DNA from: an uncultured delta proteobacterium
GTDB lineage: Bacteria > Myxococcota_A > UBA9160 > SMWR01
Assembly: GCA_963832165.1 (NCBI GenBank)
Contig: CAWHTE010000011.1
Span: 768,001-832,000 of the forward strand
Direction: 5' to 3'
DNA: 64,000 bases
Shown here: positions 30,667-44,307 of the stretch, one piece after another
How positions within the stretch are numbered: position 1 is the stretch's first letter
Layout of the letters: every line of letters starts with the position of its first letter
Made by a program: the position numbers and the translations under genes
The notes under the pieces: generated by a model
The model's database searches: none
Seen by the model: only the letters and a program-made list of their open reading frames with translations
What the model was told of the DNA's origin: nothing

Positions 30667-31683
30667 ATGCGTGTCGCTCAGGTTTCAGTTCCGAATGGCC
30701 CCTTCGAGCTCGTCGAACGCCAGCTTCCCGAGCCGTCCCGCCATACTGTGCGTGTCGCGGTCGAGGCCTGCGGGATCTGTCACAGCGACGTGTTCACCAA
30801 GTCGGGCGAGTTTCCCGGCATGACGCTGCCGCGCGTGCCTGGCCACGAGGTGATCGGTCGCATCGATGCGATCGGGGCCGACGTGGAGGGATGGTCGATC
30901 GGCCAGCGCGTCGGCGTCGGGTGGCACGGCGGCTACTGCGGGCGGTGTGATCCGTGTCGACGCGGCCAGTTCTTCGCGTGTGTCACGGGTCCGTCGGTCA
31001 CGGGGATCTCGCACGACGGCGGCTACGGCGAATCCATGATTGCGCCCGCCACGTCGCTCGCGCGCGTACCCGCGGGCCTATCGCCGACCGACGCCGCCCC
31101 GCTCATGTGCGCGGGCGTGACGACGTTCAACGCGCTGCGCAACAGCGGTGCGCGCTCGGGCGACCTCGTCGCCGTCCACGGTCTCGGTGGTCTCGGCCAC
31201 CTCGGAGTGCAGTTCGCGAAGAAGATGGGCTTCCAGACCGTCGCCGTCGCGCGCGGTGCCGACAAGGCGCCGCTCGCGGCGTCGCTCGGCGCGGATCACT
31301 ACATCGACAGCACGGCGGAGGATCCCGCAAAGGCGCTCACTGCGCTGGGCGGCGCGCGCATCGTGCTCGCGACCGTCACCGACGGCGACGCGATGAGCGC
31401 CATGATCGGCGGCCTCGGCGTCGAGGGTGTCCTGCTGGTCCTCGGTGCGCCGCAGGCGCCGCTCGCGGTGCCCGCGTTCCCGCTGATCGCTGGGTGCCGC
31501 AGCTTGAAGGGATGGTATTCGGGAGTGTCGATCGACTCCGAAGACACACTCGCCTTCTGTGCGCGCACGGGCGTGCGCTCGATGAACGAAGTGGTGCCGC
31601 TGGCGAAAGTGACGGAAGGCTATGAGCGCATGTTGAGCGGCAAGGCGCGCTTCCGCGTCGTGCTCGCGGTGCGGGCGGGATAG
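30667..31683 (+). CDS. Zn-dependent alcohol dehydrogenase
   Basis: CGICHSD, GHE, CGRCDPC..C, GLGGLG. Confidence 0.93.
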   Translation: MRVAQVSVPNGPFELVERQLPEPSRHTVRVAVEACGICHSDVFTKSGEFPGMTLPRVPGHEVIGRIDAIGADVEGWSIGQRVGVGWHGGYCGRCDPCRRGQFFACVTGPSVTGISHDGGYGESMIAPATSLARVPAGLSPTDAAPLMCAGVTTFNALRNSGARSGDLVAVHGLGGLGHLGVQFAKKMGFQTVAVARGADKAPLAASLGADHYIDSTAEDPAKALTALGGARIVLATVTDGDAMSAMIGGLGVEGVLLVLGAPQAPLAVPAFPLIAGCRSLKGWYSGVSIDSEDTLAFCARTGVRSMNEVVPLAKVTEGYERMLSGKARFRVVLAVRAG

Positions 31684-31695
31684 CGCGCGTCGTCG

Positions 31696-33393
31696 ATGAG
31701 TGAGACTCCGCGACCGGTCATCGAGACCCGCTTCGATCAGATGTTTCCGAGGCTCGATCCGCCCGAGATCGACCGGCTGCGGCGCTTCGCCGAGCCGCGC
31801 AGCTATGCCGCGAGCGAGCGGCTGATCGCGACCGGCGACGTCAGTCCCGGCATGTTCATCGTCCTCTCCGGCGAGGTCGCGATCACGCAGCACAGCGCGC
31901 TCGGGCACGAGGAGGCGATCGTCACCCACGGGCCCGGCGGGTTCGTCGGCGAGCTGAACCAGCTCTCGGGCCGGCCGTCGCTCGTGGACGCGCGCGCGAC
32001 GAAGCCGGTCGACACGCTCGTCGTACCGTCGCCCCGGCTGCGCGACGTCCTCGTCGCGGAAGCCGAGCTCGGCGAGCGCATCATGCGCGCGTTGATCCTG
32101 CGCCGCGTCGGGCTGCTCCAGGGCGGCATCGCGGGTCCGCTCCTGATCGGGCGCGCCGGCGACGCGAACCTGCTGCGCCTGGCAGGATTCCTCTCCCGCA
32201 ACGGGCAGCCCTATCAGATGCTCGATCCCGGCACCGACTCGTGCGCGCAGACGCTCGTCGAACGCTTCGGCGTGCTGCCCCCGCAGCTGCCGATCGTGCT
32301 ATGCGCGAGCGGAAATCTGCTGCACAACCCGAGCGAAGCCACGCTCGGGCGTTGCATGGGCCTCGTGCGGGCGATCGATCCCGACCGGGTCTACGACGTC
32401 GCGATCGTGGGCGCGGGACCCGCCGGCCTCGCGTCGGCGGTCTACGCGGCGTCCGAAGGGCTCTCGGTGATCGCGCTCGACTGCCGCGCGTTCGGCGGTC
32501 AAGCGGGCGCGTCGGCGCGGATCGAGAACTACATGGGGTTCCCCACCGGCATCTCGGGATTGGCGCTCATGGCACGCGCGTTCAATCAGGCGGAGAAGTT
32601 CGGAGCCGAGATGGCGATCCCCGACGAGGTCGTGCGCGTGCGAAGCGGTGCGAACGGTGGCCGCGGCCGGTTCGAGCTCGACCTCGAGAACGACGAGCGG
32701 GTGATCGCCCGGTCGGTCGTGATCGCGTGCGGCGTCCGTTACCGCCGGATCGACGTCCCTCGACTAGCGGAATTCGAAGGCTCGTCCGTGCACTACTGGG
32801 CGACCTCGCTCGAAGGAAAGCTCTGTTCTGGAGAGGAGGTTGCGCTGGTCGGCGGCGGCAACTCGGCCGGCCAGGCGGCGGTATACCTCGCGGGCCAGGT
32901 CGAGAAGCTGTGGTTGCTCGTGCGCGGTCCGGATCTCGGGAAGAGCATGTCGCGCTATCTCGTCGATCGGATCTCTTCCTTGCCGAACGTCGAGGTGCTC
33001 GTGCAGACCGAGGTCACGGCGCTCGAGGGCCGCGGCGGCGCGCTGGAAGCGGTGCGCTGGCGCAATCGGGCGGGGGAGGAGACGAGCCGCCCGGTCCGTC
33101 ACCTGTTCCTGTTCATCGGCGCCGATCCCAACACCGACTGGCTGTCGGGCTTCGGCGTCGCGCTCGATCAGAACGGCTTCGTTCGCACCGGGGCGGAGGC
33201 TGGCAAGGCCGATCGGCTGCTCGAGACGAGCCATTCCGGCGTCTTCGCGATCGGCGACGTGCGCTGTGGATCCGTGAAGCGCGTCGCGGCTGCCGTGGGT
33301 GAGGGGGCGCAGGTGATCGCAGCGCTGCACGCGTATCTCGCCGAGGTCGACGACCTGGCCGCGGAATCCGTGTCGCAGGGATCACGAGCATGA
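31696..33393 (+). CDS. cNMP-binding domain + thioredoxin-reductase-like FAD oxidoreductase
   Basis: N-terminal cNMP fold (FVGEL...RPS), VGAGPAG, GGGNSAGQ, GVFAIGDVR. Confidence 0.88.
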   Translation: MSETPRPVIETRFDQMFPRLDPPEIDRLRRFAEPRSYAASERLIATGDVSPGMFIVLSGEVAITQHSALGHEEAIVTHGPGGFVGELNQLSGRPSLVDARATKPVDTLVVPSPRLRDVLVAEAELGERIMRALILRRVGLLQGGIAGPLLIGRAGDANLLRLAGFLSRNGQPYQMLDPGTDSCAQTLVERFGVLPPQLPIVLCASGNLLHNPSEATLGRCMGLVRAIDPDRVYDVAIVGAGPAGLASAVYAASEGLSVIALDCRAFGGQAGASARIENYMGFPTGISGLALMARAFNQAEKFGAEMAIPDEVVRVRSGANGGRGRFELDLENDERVIARSVVIACGVRYRRIDVPRLAEFEGSSVHYWATSLEGKLCSGEEVALVGGGNSAGQAAVYLAGQVEKLWLLVRGPDLGKSMSRYLVDRISSLPNVEVLVQTEVTALEGRGGALEAVRWRNRAGEETSRPVRHLFLFIGADPNTDWLSGFGVALDQNGFVRTGAEAGKADRLLETSHSGVFAIGDVRCGSVKRVAAAVGEGAQVIAALHAYLAEVDDLAAESVSQGSRA

Positions 33394-33462
33394 CCGGCAA
33401 AGACGAACGGGGTGACGGTAGGGTGCCTGATGCGTTGGGGTGTTTTCGCTTGACGCGATCCC

Positions 33463-36426
<2,964 letters not shown>

Positions 36427-36435
36427 AGCGGACGC

Positions 36436-37887
36436 TCAATAGCGGAAGGTCAGCTCCGCGAAGAAGTAGTTCGCGTCCTTCGCGGCGAACGAGGTGCGGA
36501 TCGCGCTGCTCTCGAAGACGTGTCCGTAGTAGGCACTGAGCGAGAAACGGCGCCACGGCCCGAGCGTCACGCCTACGTCGGCGAGATGTCCCAGCTCGCG
36601 TTCGCCTCCGGTGGGGATTCCGGAGAAGCCAAAGATCTTCTCGTTGCTCGCACCGCCGCCCGAGTACCAGAGGTCCTTCCGCGCAGTCGAGCGCAGCCAG
36701 TGGTAGTCGGCGCGAATCGCGATCAGCGGGTCCGGCTGCAGCAGGAGCTCCGCGAACAGGTCCTCGTTGTTCATCAGGTTGTAGAAGGGAAACTGCGCGT
36801 AGAGCCGCGCGGTCGGGAGCAGCTGGAAGAAGGTCTCGTGTTCGCGGTCGGCGGGATCGCGGTCTCCCGACGACCGGTTCCAGCCGAAGCGCAGCCACGG
36901 CGCGGTGGGCAGGCTCGCGAGCTGGTAGCCGAGCTCGAGCGCGAACGCCCACGCTTCATGATCCTGGCGCCCCCAGTCGCCGCCTTGCAGTACGCCCCAC
37001 GCGAGCGCATCCAGCGCGCCGGGGCCGAGCTCGAATACCCCGAGCGCGTGCGCTCCTGCGCTGTGGATCGAGATCGCGCGCCGGTCGAGCGTGCGCAGCG
37101 CAAGCGGGCGATTGTCGACTCGAACGGGTCGATCTCGCGCATCTTCGTAGAAAAGATAGAAGGCGCGCAGGTCGAAGGGCGGGAGATCGGTGAGTCCCTT
37201 CGCGGTGAGTGCGAGACCCGTGACCGTGATGTCGTCCATGTGGCGATTCGCGCTCACCTCGAAGCCGCCGCGCGTCGGATGCGCGGCGAAGGCGGTGGCG
37301 TTCCAGGCAGGGCGGTCGTAGGAGAGACGCACGGCATCCAGGCTGCGCGTCACGTGCGTGTAGCCGAACGGGCCGATCAGCCGCTCCGCGATCCGCGAGC
37401 GCTTGAGCGTGGCGAGCGTCCGATCGCCGGGAACGGTCTCGTTTCCGTCGCCGTACTCGAGGCGGCCGGCGCTCGCGGCGAAACCGCTGCGACGCACCGT
37501 GAGGTAGCCCTGCTTCAGAAAGGTTTCGCCCTGATCGGTGTCGCGCGTGTGTGCGAAGTAGCTCGCGCCCGGGCCGAGACTCCCGCGCGGAGCGGCCAGC
37601 GTCGCATCGCTGGGCAGGCTCAGGATTCGCGTGTCCTGGAGCTCGACCACCCCCTGCACGTAGGGAAACGTGATGCGCGTGCCCACGCGCAGCTGGTTCG
37701 CGAAGAATGCGTATTCGTGCGCGCCGCGCGGCGCAGTGCCCTCGGGAGGTTCGAACCACTCGACGAGCTCGCCGCGCACGCGGTTGCTCGCCGTGAAGGC
37801 AACGTGCTCCTGCCAGCTCGGGCTTTCCGACGCGGCCGCGAACGGAATCCATGTGATCGCTGCACCGAGGATCAGCGTGGCCCGCAT
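36436..37887 (-). CDS. Alginate-export-family outer-membrane beta-barrel protein
   Basis: Signal peptide, ERLIGPFGYTHVTRSLD, ETFFQLLPT, terminal ELTFRY beta-signal. Confidence 0.75.
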   Translation of the reverse strand: MRATLILGAAITWIPFAAASESPSWQEHVAFTASNRVRGELVEWFEPPEGTAPRGAHEYAFFANQLRVGTRITFPYVQGVVELQDTRILSLPSDATLAAPRGSLGPGASYFAHTRDTDQGETFLKQGYLTVRRSGFAASAGRLEYGDGNETVPGDRTLATLKRSRIAERLIGPFGYTHVTRSLDAVRLSYDRPAWNATAFAAHPTRGGFEVSANRHMDDITVTGLALTAKGLTDLPPFDLRAFYLFYEDARDRPVRVDNRPLALRTLDRRAISIHSAGAHALGVFELGPGALDALAWGVLQGGDWGRQDHEAWAFALELGYQLASLPTAPWLRFGWNRSSGDRDPADREHETFFQLLPTARLYAQFPFYNLMNNEDLFAELLLQPDPLIAIRADYHWLRSTARKDLWYSGGGASNEKIFGFSGIPTGGERELGHLADVGVTLGPWRRFSLSAYYGHVFESSAIRTSFAAKDANYFFAELTFRY

Positions 37888-38051
37888 CGAACCCCCCCCG
37901 GATTGCCAGAGAGTCGCCGACCATGCGACGATTCGCCCGCAAAGCCCGCTGATCGCAGGCTCCATGGGCGTCTTGGCGGATCGCAGGGGTTCGTGTACCC
38001 ACTCCACGCGGGGTTGCCGACGCAGCGCCAGAGCCGCCTGGAGATTCCCCC

Positions 38052-38417
38052 ATGACTCGAGACGACCGCCCGCTCGGTGACGTCGCGAACAAGCTGCTAT
38101 TCGAGAACGAGCTCGTGCGCGTGTGGGAGCTGGAGCTGGCGCCGGGCGAAAGCTCCGATCGCCACCGCCACGATCTTCCCTATCTCTTGTGCGTGCTCGA
38201 GGGGTCGCGCGTCGACGCGGAGGTGGAGGGCACCGGCCGCGTCGAGCTGCCCGTACAGCCGGGCTCCGTGTTCTTCGTTCCGCCCGGGGCTACGGAGACG
38301 GCGATCAATCCCACGCGCGAGCGCTTCCGCGAGATCCTGATCGAGCTCAAGCAGCCCGGCACCGCGAAGGCGCAGATCGCGGTCGCGAACGTGCCGGCGT
38401 CGTTCCCGCGCGCCTGA
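38052..38417 (+). CDS. Cupin-domain protein
   Basis: LLFENELVRVWELELAPGE...HRHDLPY, EILIELK. Confidence 0.8.
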   Translation: MTRDDRPLGDVANKLLFENELVRVWELELAPGESSDRHRHDLPYLLCVLEGSRVDAEVEGTGRVELPVQPGSVFFVPPGATETAINPTRERFREILIELKQPGTAKAQIAVANVPASFPRA

Positions 38418-38482
38418 CGCAGGAGACGGACGGCGCGTCGTCCTTGTCCGATGGCGTAAGCTGACGTCGCGGGAGGTCATCC

Positions 38483-39400
38483 ATGTCAGCCAATCCCGGG
38501 CCCGTGATCATCGAGTGCGCGATCAACGGCGTGACTTCGCCGGACAAGAACCCCAACGTGCCGCGCAAGCCCGCCGAGATCATCGACGACACGTTTCGCG
38601 CGCTGGATGCGGGCGCCTCGCTGATCCACGCACACAACTCGGACATCCAGCTCGACGGCGAAGCGGCGGCGCAGGACTATCTCGCCGCTTGGCGTCCGAT
38701 CCTCGCGAAGCGCCCCGACACGCTCTGGTACCCGACGCTGTGCTGGGGGAAGGGCGCCGCGCAGATGCTCTCGCACATCGAGCCGATCGTGCGCGAAGTG
38801 CCGCTGCGCTTCTCTGTGATCGATCCGGGCTCGACCAACCTCGGCGGTCCCGACGACGAGGGCCTCCCGCAGGGCGTCGTCTACGCGAACTCCTACGCCG
38901 ACATCCGCTACGGCTTCGAGACGTGCGAGCGACTTCGGCTCGCGCCGAGTCTTGCGATCTACGAGCCGGGCTTCCTGCAGACGGTGCTCGCCTATTACCG
39001 CGTGGGCCGCCTGCCGCGCGGTGCGATGGTCAAGCTCTACTTCGGCGGACCCTACGGTCTGTTCGCGACGAGCCCCGGTTGCACCTTCGGTCTGCCGCCG
39101 ACCCGCCACGCGCTGCTCGCCTACCTCGACATGCTGGAGGGGACGGGCTTGCCCTGGTCGGTGAGCGTCTGGGGCGGCGATCTCATGGCCACGCCGATCG
39201 CCGAGATCGCGCTCCAGCTCGGGGGGCACCTGCACGTCGGGATCGAGGAGTTCTACAGCCCCGAGCGCAGCCCGAGCAACGAGGAGCTCGTGCGCGAGGC
39301 AGTCGCGCTCGTCGAGCGCGTCGGGCGACCGCTCGCCGACAGCTCGGCAGCCGCGCGCATCCTCGATCTTCCGCCCGTCGCGGACCTCGGGGTGCGCTGA
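38483..39400 (+). CDS. 3-keto-5-aminohexanoate cleavage (BKACE/DUF849) family protein
   Basis: VIIECAING...NPNVP, AGASLIHAH, GGHLHVGIE, NEELV. Confidence 0.85.
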   Translation: MSANPGPVIIECAINGVTSPDKNPNVPRKPAEIIDDTFRALDAGASLIHAHNSDIQLDGEAAAQDYLAAWRPILAKRPDTLWYPTLCWGKGAAQMLSHIEPIVREVPLRFSVIDPGSTNLGGPDDEGLPQGVVYANSYADIRYGFETCERLRLAPSLAIYEPGFLQTVLAYYRVGRLPRGAMVKLYFGGPYGLFATSPGCTFGLPPTRHALLAYLDMLEGTGLPWSVSVWGGDLMATPIAEIALQLGGHLHVGIEEFYSPERSPSNEELVREAVALVERVGRPLADSSAAARILDLPPVADLGVR

Positions 39401-40014
39401 TCGACGCGGACGCACGCCGCTTCGCTCCGGCCACGGCGCGCAACCGCGCGCCGATCCTGGCCGTGCTCGAGCGCGTGCTGCCCGCGCAGGGTCTCGTGCT
39501 CGAGGTGGCGAGCGGCACGGGCGAGCACGCGGTGGCGTTCGCCCGGGCGCTACCCGGGCTCGAGATCCAGCCCAGCGACGTCGATCCCGACGCGATCGCG
39601 AGCATCGAGGCCTGGCGGTGCTACAGCGCGCTCCCGAACGTGCGACCTGCACTCGCACTCGACGTGCATGCGTGGCCGTGGCCCTTGAAGGGAGCACCCG
39701 ACGCGATCCTGTGTAGCAACATGATCCACATCGCGCCGTGGAGCGCGTGTCTGGCACTGCTCGACGGCGCCGCCGCGCTGCTCGCACCCCGCGCTCCGCT
39801 AGTGCTCTATGGGCCCTACCGCGAGGGTGGCGTCCACACCGCCCCGAGCAACGAGGTGTTCGACGCGAGCCTGCGCGAACGCGACCCGCGCTGGGGCGTG
39901 CGCGACGCGGACGAGGTCGCCGCCGAGGCCGCCGCGCGCGGGCTCGACCTCGAGGAGATCGTCGCGATGCCGGCCAACAACCGCACGCTCGTGCTGCGCC
40001 GGCGCGCGGACTAG
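39397..40014 (+). CDS. DUF938 SAM-dependent methyltransferase
   Basis: [40 protein letters not shown]; start codon apparently CTG. Confidence 0.85.
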   Translation: MIDADARRFAPATARNRAPILAVLERVLPAQGLVLEVASGTGEHAVAFARALPGLEIQPSDVDPDAIASIEAWRCYSALPNVRPALALDVHAWPWPLKGAPDAILCSNMIHIAPWSACLALLDGAAALLAPRAPLVLYGPYREGGVHTAPSNEVFDASLRERDPRWGVRDADEVAAEAAARGLDLEEIVAMPANNRTLVLRRRAD

Positions 40015-40022
40015 GAGGAGCG

Positions 40023-41093
40023 ATGGTGCGCCGCGTGGTGGTCTGGGGAACCGGGAACGTCGGAAAGCCCGCGATTCGCGCCGTGTGTGCGAACCGCGGG
40101 CTCGAGCTCGTGGGTGTCGTCGTCGCGAACCCGGACAAGGTCGGGCGCGACGCGGGTGAGCTCGCGGGGATCGCAGCCACGGGCGTCCGCGCCACGGACG
40201 ACGCGGGCGCCGTGCTCGCGCTGCGCCCGGACGCCGTCGCCTACACGGCAACCGCCGACACGCGCCTGGCCGGCGCGATCGACGACATCGTGCGCTGTCT
40301 CGAGGCGGGCGTGAACGTGGTGTCGACGGGCGTCTACCTGCTGCTCCATCCGGCGTCGGTGCCCGGGGACCTGCGCGCGCGCATCGAGGCCGCGTGCAAG
40401 GCCGGAGGAGGCACGTCGGTGTTCGTGTCGGGCATCGACCCGGGCTGGGCGGTCGACCTGCTGCCGCTCGTCCTCTCGGGCGTGGCGGGCCGGATCGATC
40501 AGATCCGCTGCCGCGAGATCTTCAACTACGCCACCTACGATCAGCCGCACGCGGTGCGGAACCTGATCGGCTTCGGCCGCCCGCTCGAGGAATCACCGCC
40601 GATGCTGCACCCGATGGCGCTCGATCTGCTCTGGGGGGGAATGGCGCGCGTGGTCGCCGACGGGCTCGGCGTCGTGCTCGACGAGACGCGCCAGGTGATC
40701 GAGCGGCGTCCGCTCGAGCGTACGATCGACACGCCCGAGATGGGAGTGTTCGAGAAGGGCACGCAGGGAGCGTTCCGCTTCGAGGTGCAGGGCATCGTGC
40801 GCGGCGAGCCGAAGATCATCTGCGAGCACATCACGCGCATCGATGACGAGATCGCGCCCGACTGGCCGCGGCCCGCAGCCGGCCAGCGCGGAAGCTATTC
40901 CGTGATCATCGAAGGGGATCCGAGCTTCGAGGTGTCGGTGCAGCTGCACGGCGGCGGCGGCAGTCCCGCCGACGCGGGCAACGCGACCGCCGCGGGGCGG
41001 ATCATCAACGCGATTCCGAGCGTGTGCGCCGCGCCGCCGGGAATTCTCGGGCCGCTCGATCTGCCGCTCGTGACGGGGCGCGGGCTGCTCTGA
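40023..41093 (+). CDS. Dihydrodipicolinate-reductase-like / 2,4-diaminopentanoate dehydrogenase family oxidoreductase
   Basis: [36 protein letters not shown]. Confidence 0.8.
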   Translation: MVRRVVVWGTGNVGKPAIRAVCANRGLELVGVVVANPDKVGRDAGELAGIAATGVRATDDAGAVLALRPDAVAYTATADTRLAGAIDDIVRCLEAGVNVVSTGVYLLLHPASVPGDLRARIEAACKAGGGTSVFVSGIDPGWAVDLLPLVLSGVAGRIDQIRCREIFNYATYDQPHAVRNLIGFGRPLEESPPMLHPMALDLLWGGMARVVADGLGVVLDETRQVIERRPLERTIDTPEMGVFEKGTQGAFRFEVQGIVRGEPKIICEHITRIDDEIAPDWPRPAAGQRGSYSVIIEGDPSFEVSVQLHGGGGSPADAGNATAAGRIINAIPSVCAAPPGILGPLDLPLVTGRGLL

Positions 41094-41096
41094 CGT

Positions 41097-42539
41097 TCAG
41101 ACCCGACGTTCGGGCGCGCGCGCTCCCGGATGCAGCGCGAGCACTTCGCTGAATCCGTCGGCGAGGCAGCGGCTGAAGCGCTCGGGCTCCGTGATCGCGG
41201 CGGGATCGATGTTCGCGGCGATGCAGCAGGTTTCGCCGTGTGTCACGAGCGTGATCATCGCAGCGCACCCCGGCAGCGGTCCAAAGCCGTAGAGCCGCTC
41301 GATCTTCGAACCGGCCAGGTAGTAGTCGCCGCGCAGGCCGGGCACGTTGCTCGCCTGGAAGTCGTTCGTCTTGGTGAGACTGCCGGCGAGCTGGCTGATC
41401 AGCGGGCCGGGCAGGCGTGACATCACGGGGGCGAGCATCGCCATCGCGTCGAGCGCGGGCTCGGCGCGCGCCGCGCGCACCATCCGGCCGATCGCCTCCA
41501 TGCGCTTGCGCGGATCGTCGATGCCGACGGGCCCGGAGAAGCGCGCGCCTGCGAAGCGGTTGCCGCCTGCGGGATCGTCGTCGCGCCGCACGTTGATCGG
41601 AATCGCGATCGGCATGCTCTCGATCGGGTGGTCGAGCTCGTCGTGGTAGAGGCGGAATCCGCCGAGCAGTGCGGCGAGGAACGCGTCGTTGAGCGAGGCG
41701 TCAGCGGCCTTCGCTGCAGCGCGCAGATCCGCGAATGCGACGTCGAGCGCGAGGAAGCGCCACGAGAGCGAGCGCGCGCGCAACAGCGGTGAACCGTCCG
41801 CCTCGGGTCCGCCGAGCACGCGCGCGAGCGAGCTTCCGAAGCGCAGCGCGTTCTGTGCGGTCTCGACGGGGCGGGAGAGCGGCCGGAGCAGGTCGCCCGC
41901 GTTCGACAGCAGTCCCGAGAGCGAGCGCGCGTCGCGGCTGATCTGCTCGGCGAAAATTTCGCGCGGGGTCGCCCATTCGGGGAGCGGTACGGGCGGCTGC
42001 GGCTTGCGCGGGTTGTGCTCGCGCGTCGTCGAGTGCAGCTGCGAGAACAGCTGGAACCCGCCCATCCCATCGGTGGTGGAGTGATGCATCTTGAGCAGGT
42101 GCACCGCACGGCCGTCGGGAAGGCCCTCGAATAGCACCGACTCCCATGGAGATCGCGCCCTGTCGAACGGCGTCATCGCGATCTGCTCTGCGGCCGCGAG
42201 GAGCTCGGTCCAGCCCGCGGGCTTCGGAAGCTGGATCCGCCGCACGTGATAGTGGAGATCGAAATCGGGGTCGTTCACCCAGCACGGATTGCCGAGCCCG
42301 AGCAACGGCTCGACGACCTTCTGGCGGAAACGCGGGACCATGCGCGTCGCCCACTCGCAGGCTTTCTCGAAGCGCGTCCAGTCGGGTGTGCGATCGAGCA
42401 GTTCGAGGCCGCAGATCGTCGAGCGCAGGCGCGGATCGGACTCCGCGCGCCACATCAGCGACTCGAGCGCGTTCATCTCGCGGGTTTCGCCCCAGCGCAG
42501 CGGAGCGTCGCCGGTGGCCGTGTCTCGTTCCTTCGCCAT
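41097..42539 (-). CDS. Wax ester/triacylglycerol synthase family O-acyltransferase
   Basis: MHHSTTDG (HHxxxDG), FDLHYHVR, SNVPG. Confidence 0.9.
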   Translation of the reverse strand: MAKERDTATGDAPLRWGETREMNALESLMWRAESDPRLRSTICGLELLDRTPDWTRFEKACEWATRMVPRFRQKVVEPLLGLGNPCWVNDPDFDLHYHVRRIQLPKPAGWTELLAAAEQIAMTPFDRARSPWESVLFEGLPDGRAVHLLKMHHSTTDGMGGFQLFSQLHSTTREHNPRKPQPPVPLPEWATPREIFAEQISRDARSLSGLLSNAGDLLRPLSRPVETAQNALRFGSSLARVLGGPEADGSPLLRARSLSWRFLALDVAFADLRAAAKAADASLNDAFLAALLGGFRLYHDELDHPIESMPIAIPINVRRDDDPAGGNRFAGARFSGPVGIDDPRKRMEAIGRMVRAARAEPALDAMAMLAPVMSRLPGPLISQLAGSLTKTNDFQASNVPGLRGDYYLAGSKIERLYGFGPLPGCAAMITLVTHGETCCIAANIDPAAITEPERFSRCLADGFSEVLALHPGARAPERRV

Positions 42540-42560
42540 TCAGGGGCTCCCCGTATCCGG

Positions 42561-43502
42561 TCAGGTGCCGGCGAGCCGGGCGACGACCGGCGCGAACGCC
42601 TCGTAGTTGTCCTCGCCCAGCACGACGTACGAGACGCTCCATTCCTCGCGCCGCTGCTGGAGCAGCTCGCAGACGGCGTCGACGCTGCCGACGAGCGAGA
42701 TCCCGCTGCCGAGCGCGTCGTCGGCAGAGATGCCGAAGCGCGGTGCCACCGCGGAGGCGAATCCCTTCGCGTTGTCCGTGATCGCGGCCAGGAAATAGCG
42801 GATCTGGAGCTCGATCTCGTCGAAGCGCTGGCCCGCGCCCTCGCGCACCCAGCCGATCTTCTCGAGCGTCTGCGCGGCGAGGCTCGTCTTGACCGCGTCC
42901 GCGGTGATCTCGCCCGCGCGCAGGTTCGGATTGATTCCGACGATGTCGGCTTCGCGTCCCGCGAGGCGCAGCAGGCGTTTGCCGCCGCCGCCGATCAGGA
43001 TCGGCGGGCGCGGCTTCTGTACGGGCTTGGGCACGCCGTCGTAGCTGCGGATGCGGTAGTGCACGCCCTCGAAATCGAACCGTCCCGGACCCCACGCCTG
43101 CTTGACGATCTGGATCGCCTCGCCGAGCCGCTCGATCCGCGTGCCCGGCGAGTCGTAGCGCAGGTCGAGCGCGTCGTAGTCCGTGCGCTGCCAACCCGCG
43201 CCGAGTCCGAACTCGAGGCGTCCATCGGAGAGCAGATCGATCGTGGCCGCTTCTTTCGCCACGATCGCGGGATGCTTGTAGTCGTTGCCGAGCACGAGCA
43301 TGCCGATCCGGAGCTGCTCGGTGACCGCAGCCGCGAACGAGATCCCGACCATCGGCGCGAGCGGCGTGTCGATGAAGTGATCGGGCATGAACAGCGTGGA
43401 ATAACCGAGCGCTTCCACCTTGCGCGCGCGCTCGCGCCAATCCTTCGCGGATCCGATGCTCGTGGTCTGGACGCCGAAGCGGAACCTGCGGGGGTGTGTC
43501 AT
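42561..43502 (-). CDS. LLM-class, probably F420-dependent oxidoreductase
   Basis: LFMPDHF, NDYKHPA..AKEAATIDLLSDGRLEFGLGAGW, PKPVQKPRPPILIGGGG. Confidence 0.88.
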   Translation of the reverse strand: MTHPRRFRFGVQTTSIGSAKDWRERARKVEALGYSTLFMPDHFIDTPLAPMVGISFAAAVTEQLRIGMLVLGNDYKHPAIVAKEAATIDLLSDGRLEFGLGAGWQRTDYDALDLRYDSPGTRIERLGEAIQIVKQAWGPGRFDFEGVHYRIRSYDGVPKPVQKPRPPILIGGGGKRLLRLAGREADIVGINPNLRAGEITADAVKTSLAAQTLEKIGWVREGAGQRFDEIELQIRYFLAAITDNAKGFASAVAPRFGISADDALGSGISLVGSVDAVCELLQQRREEWSVSYVVLGEDNYEAFAPVVARLAGT

Positions 43503-43562
43503 GGTTGAATCGTATCAGAGGATCCACCGCTCTCCTGCGAGCGATGGGTCAAGGGGGGTGCG

Positions 43563-43913
43563 ATGTCGACCTTTCGCATGTTCCTGAATCAGGAGCCGAG
43601 GTCGTTCGCCAAGGGCGACATCATCTTCGAGAATGGTGATCCCGCGGATCGCATGTTCATCGTTGCGGAAGGGGAGGTGGAGATCTCGATCGGAGGCCAG
43701 GTCGTCGACGTCCTCGGAGCCGAGACGATCTTCGGCGAAATGGCGCTCGTGACGAAAGATCCGCGCAGCGGCACCGCGCGGGCACGCACCGATTGCAAGG
43801 TCGTCGAGATCCCGGAGCGCCGCTTCCTGCTGCTCGTCCAACAGACGCCCAACTTCGCGCTCGACGTGATGCGCGTGCTCGCGGAGCGACTGCGACGACG
43901 GGACCCCGCCTAG
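43563..43913 (+). CDS. Stand-alone cyclic-nucleotide-binding domain protein
   Basis: IFENGDPAD.MF, FGEMALV...PRSGTA. Confidence 0.88.
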   Translation: MSTFRMFLNQEPRSFAKGDIIFENGDPADRMFIVAEGEVEISIGGQVVDVLGAETIFGEMALVTKDPRSGTARARTDCKVVEIPERRFLLLVQQTPNFALDVMRVLAERLRRRDPA

Positions 43914-44278
43914 CCCATCACGAACGCGACCAGCTTGTTTCCGTCGAGGTCGCGGAAGTAGCCGCCGTAGAAGCGCGGATTGCGCGGGCCGGGCGGACCC
44001 TCGTCCTTTGCGCCGAGCTCGATCGCCTTCTTGTAGATGCGGTCGACCGCCTCCTTCGAGTCGGCCGAGAGCGCGATCATGATGCCGTTGCCCACCGTCG
44101 CCTTGTTCCCGTCCGCGGGTGTGCAGATCGCGATCATGGGCTTGCCGGGTCCGGAGCCGTAGAAGCGCATGCGGTCGTTGGCCATGATGCGCTTGGCGCC
44201 GACCTCCGCGAGCAGGGCGTCGTAGAACTGCTCGGCGCGCGCGAGGTCGTTCGTGCCGATCGTGACGTAGCCGATCAT
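43910..44278 (-). CDS. VOC (glyoxalase) family protein
   Basis: MIGYVTIGTNDL, GNG.MIAL, DEGPPGPR, YFRDLDGNKL; aaggagg RBS. Confidence 0.9.
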   Translation of the reverse strand: MIGYVTIGTNDLARAEQFYDALLAEVGAKRIMANDRMRFYGSGPGKPMIAICTPADGNKATVGNGIMIALSADSKEAVDRIYKKAIELGAKDEGPPGPRNPRFYGGYFRDLDGNKLVAFVMG

Positions 44279-44307
44279 CGGATCCTCCTTGGTGGACCGA
44301 ATCGTAT

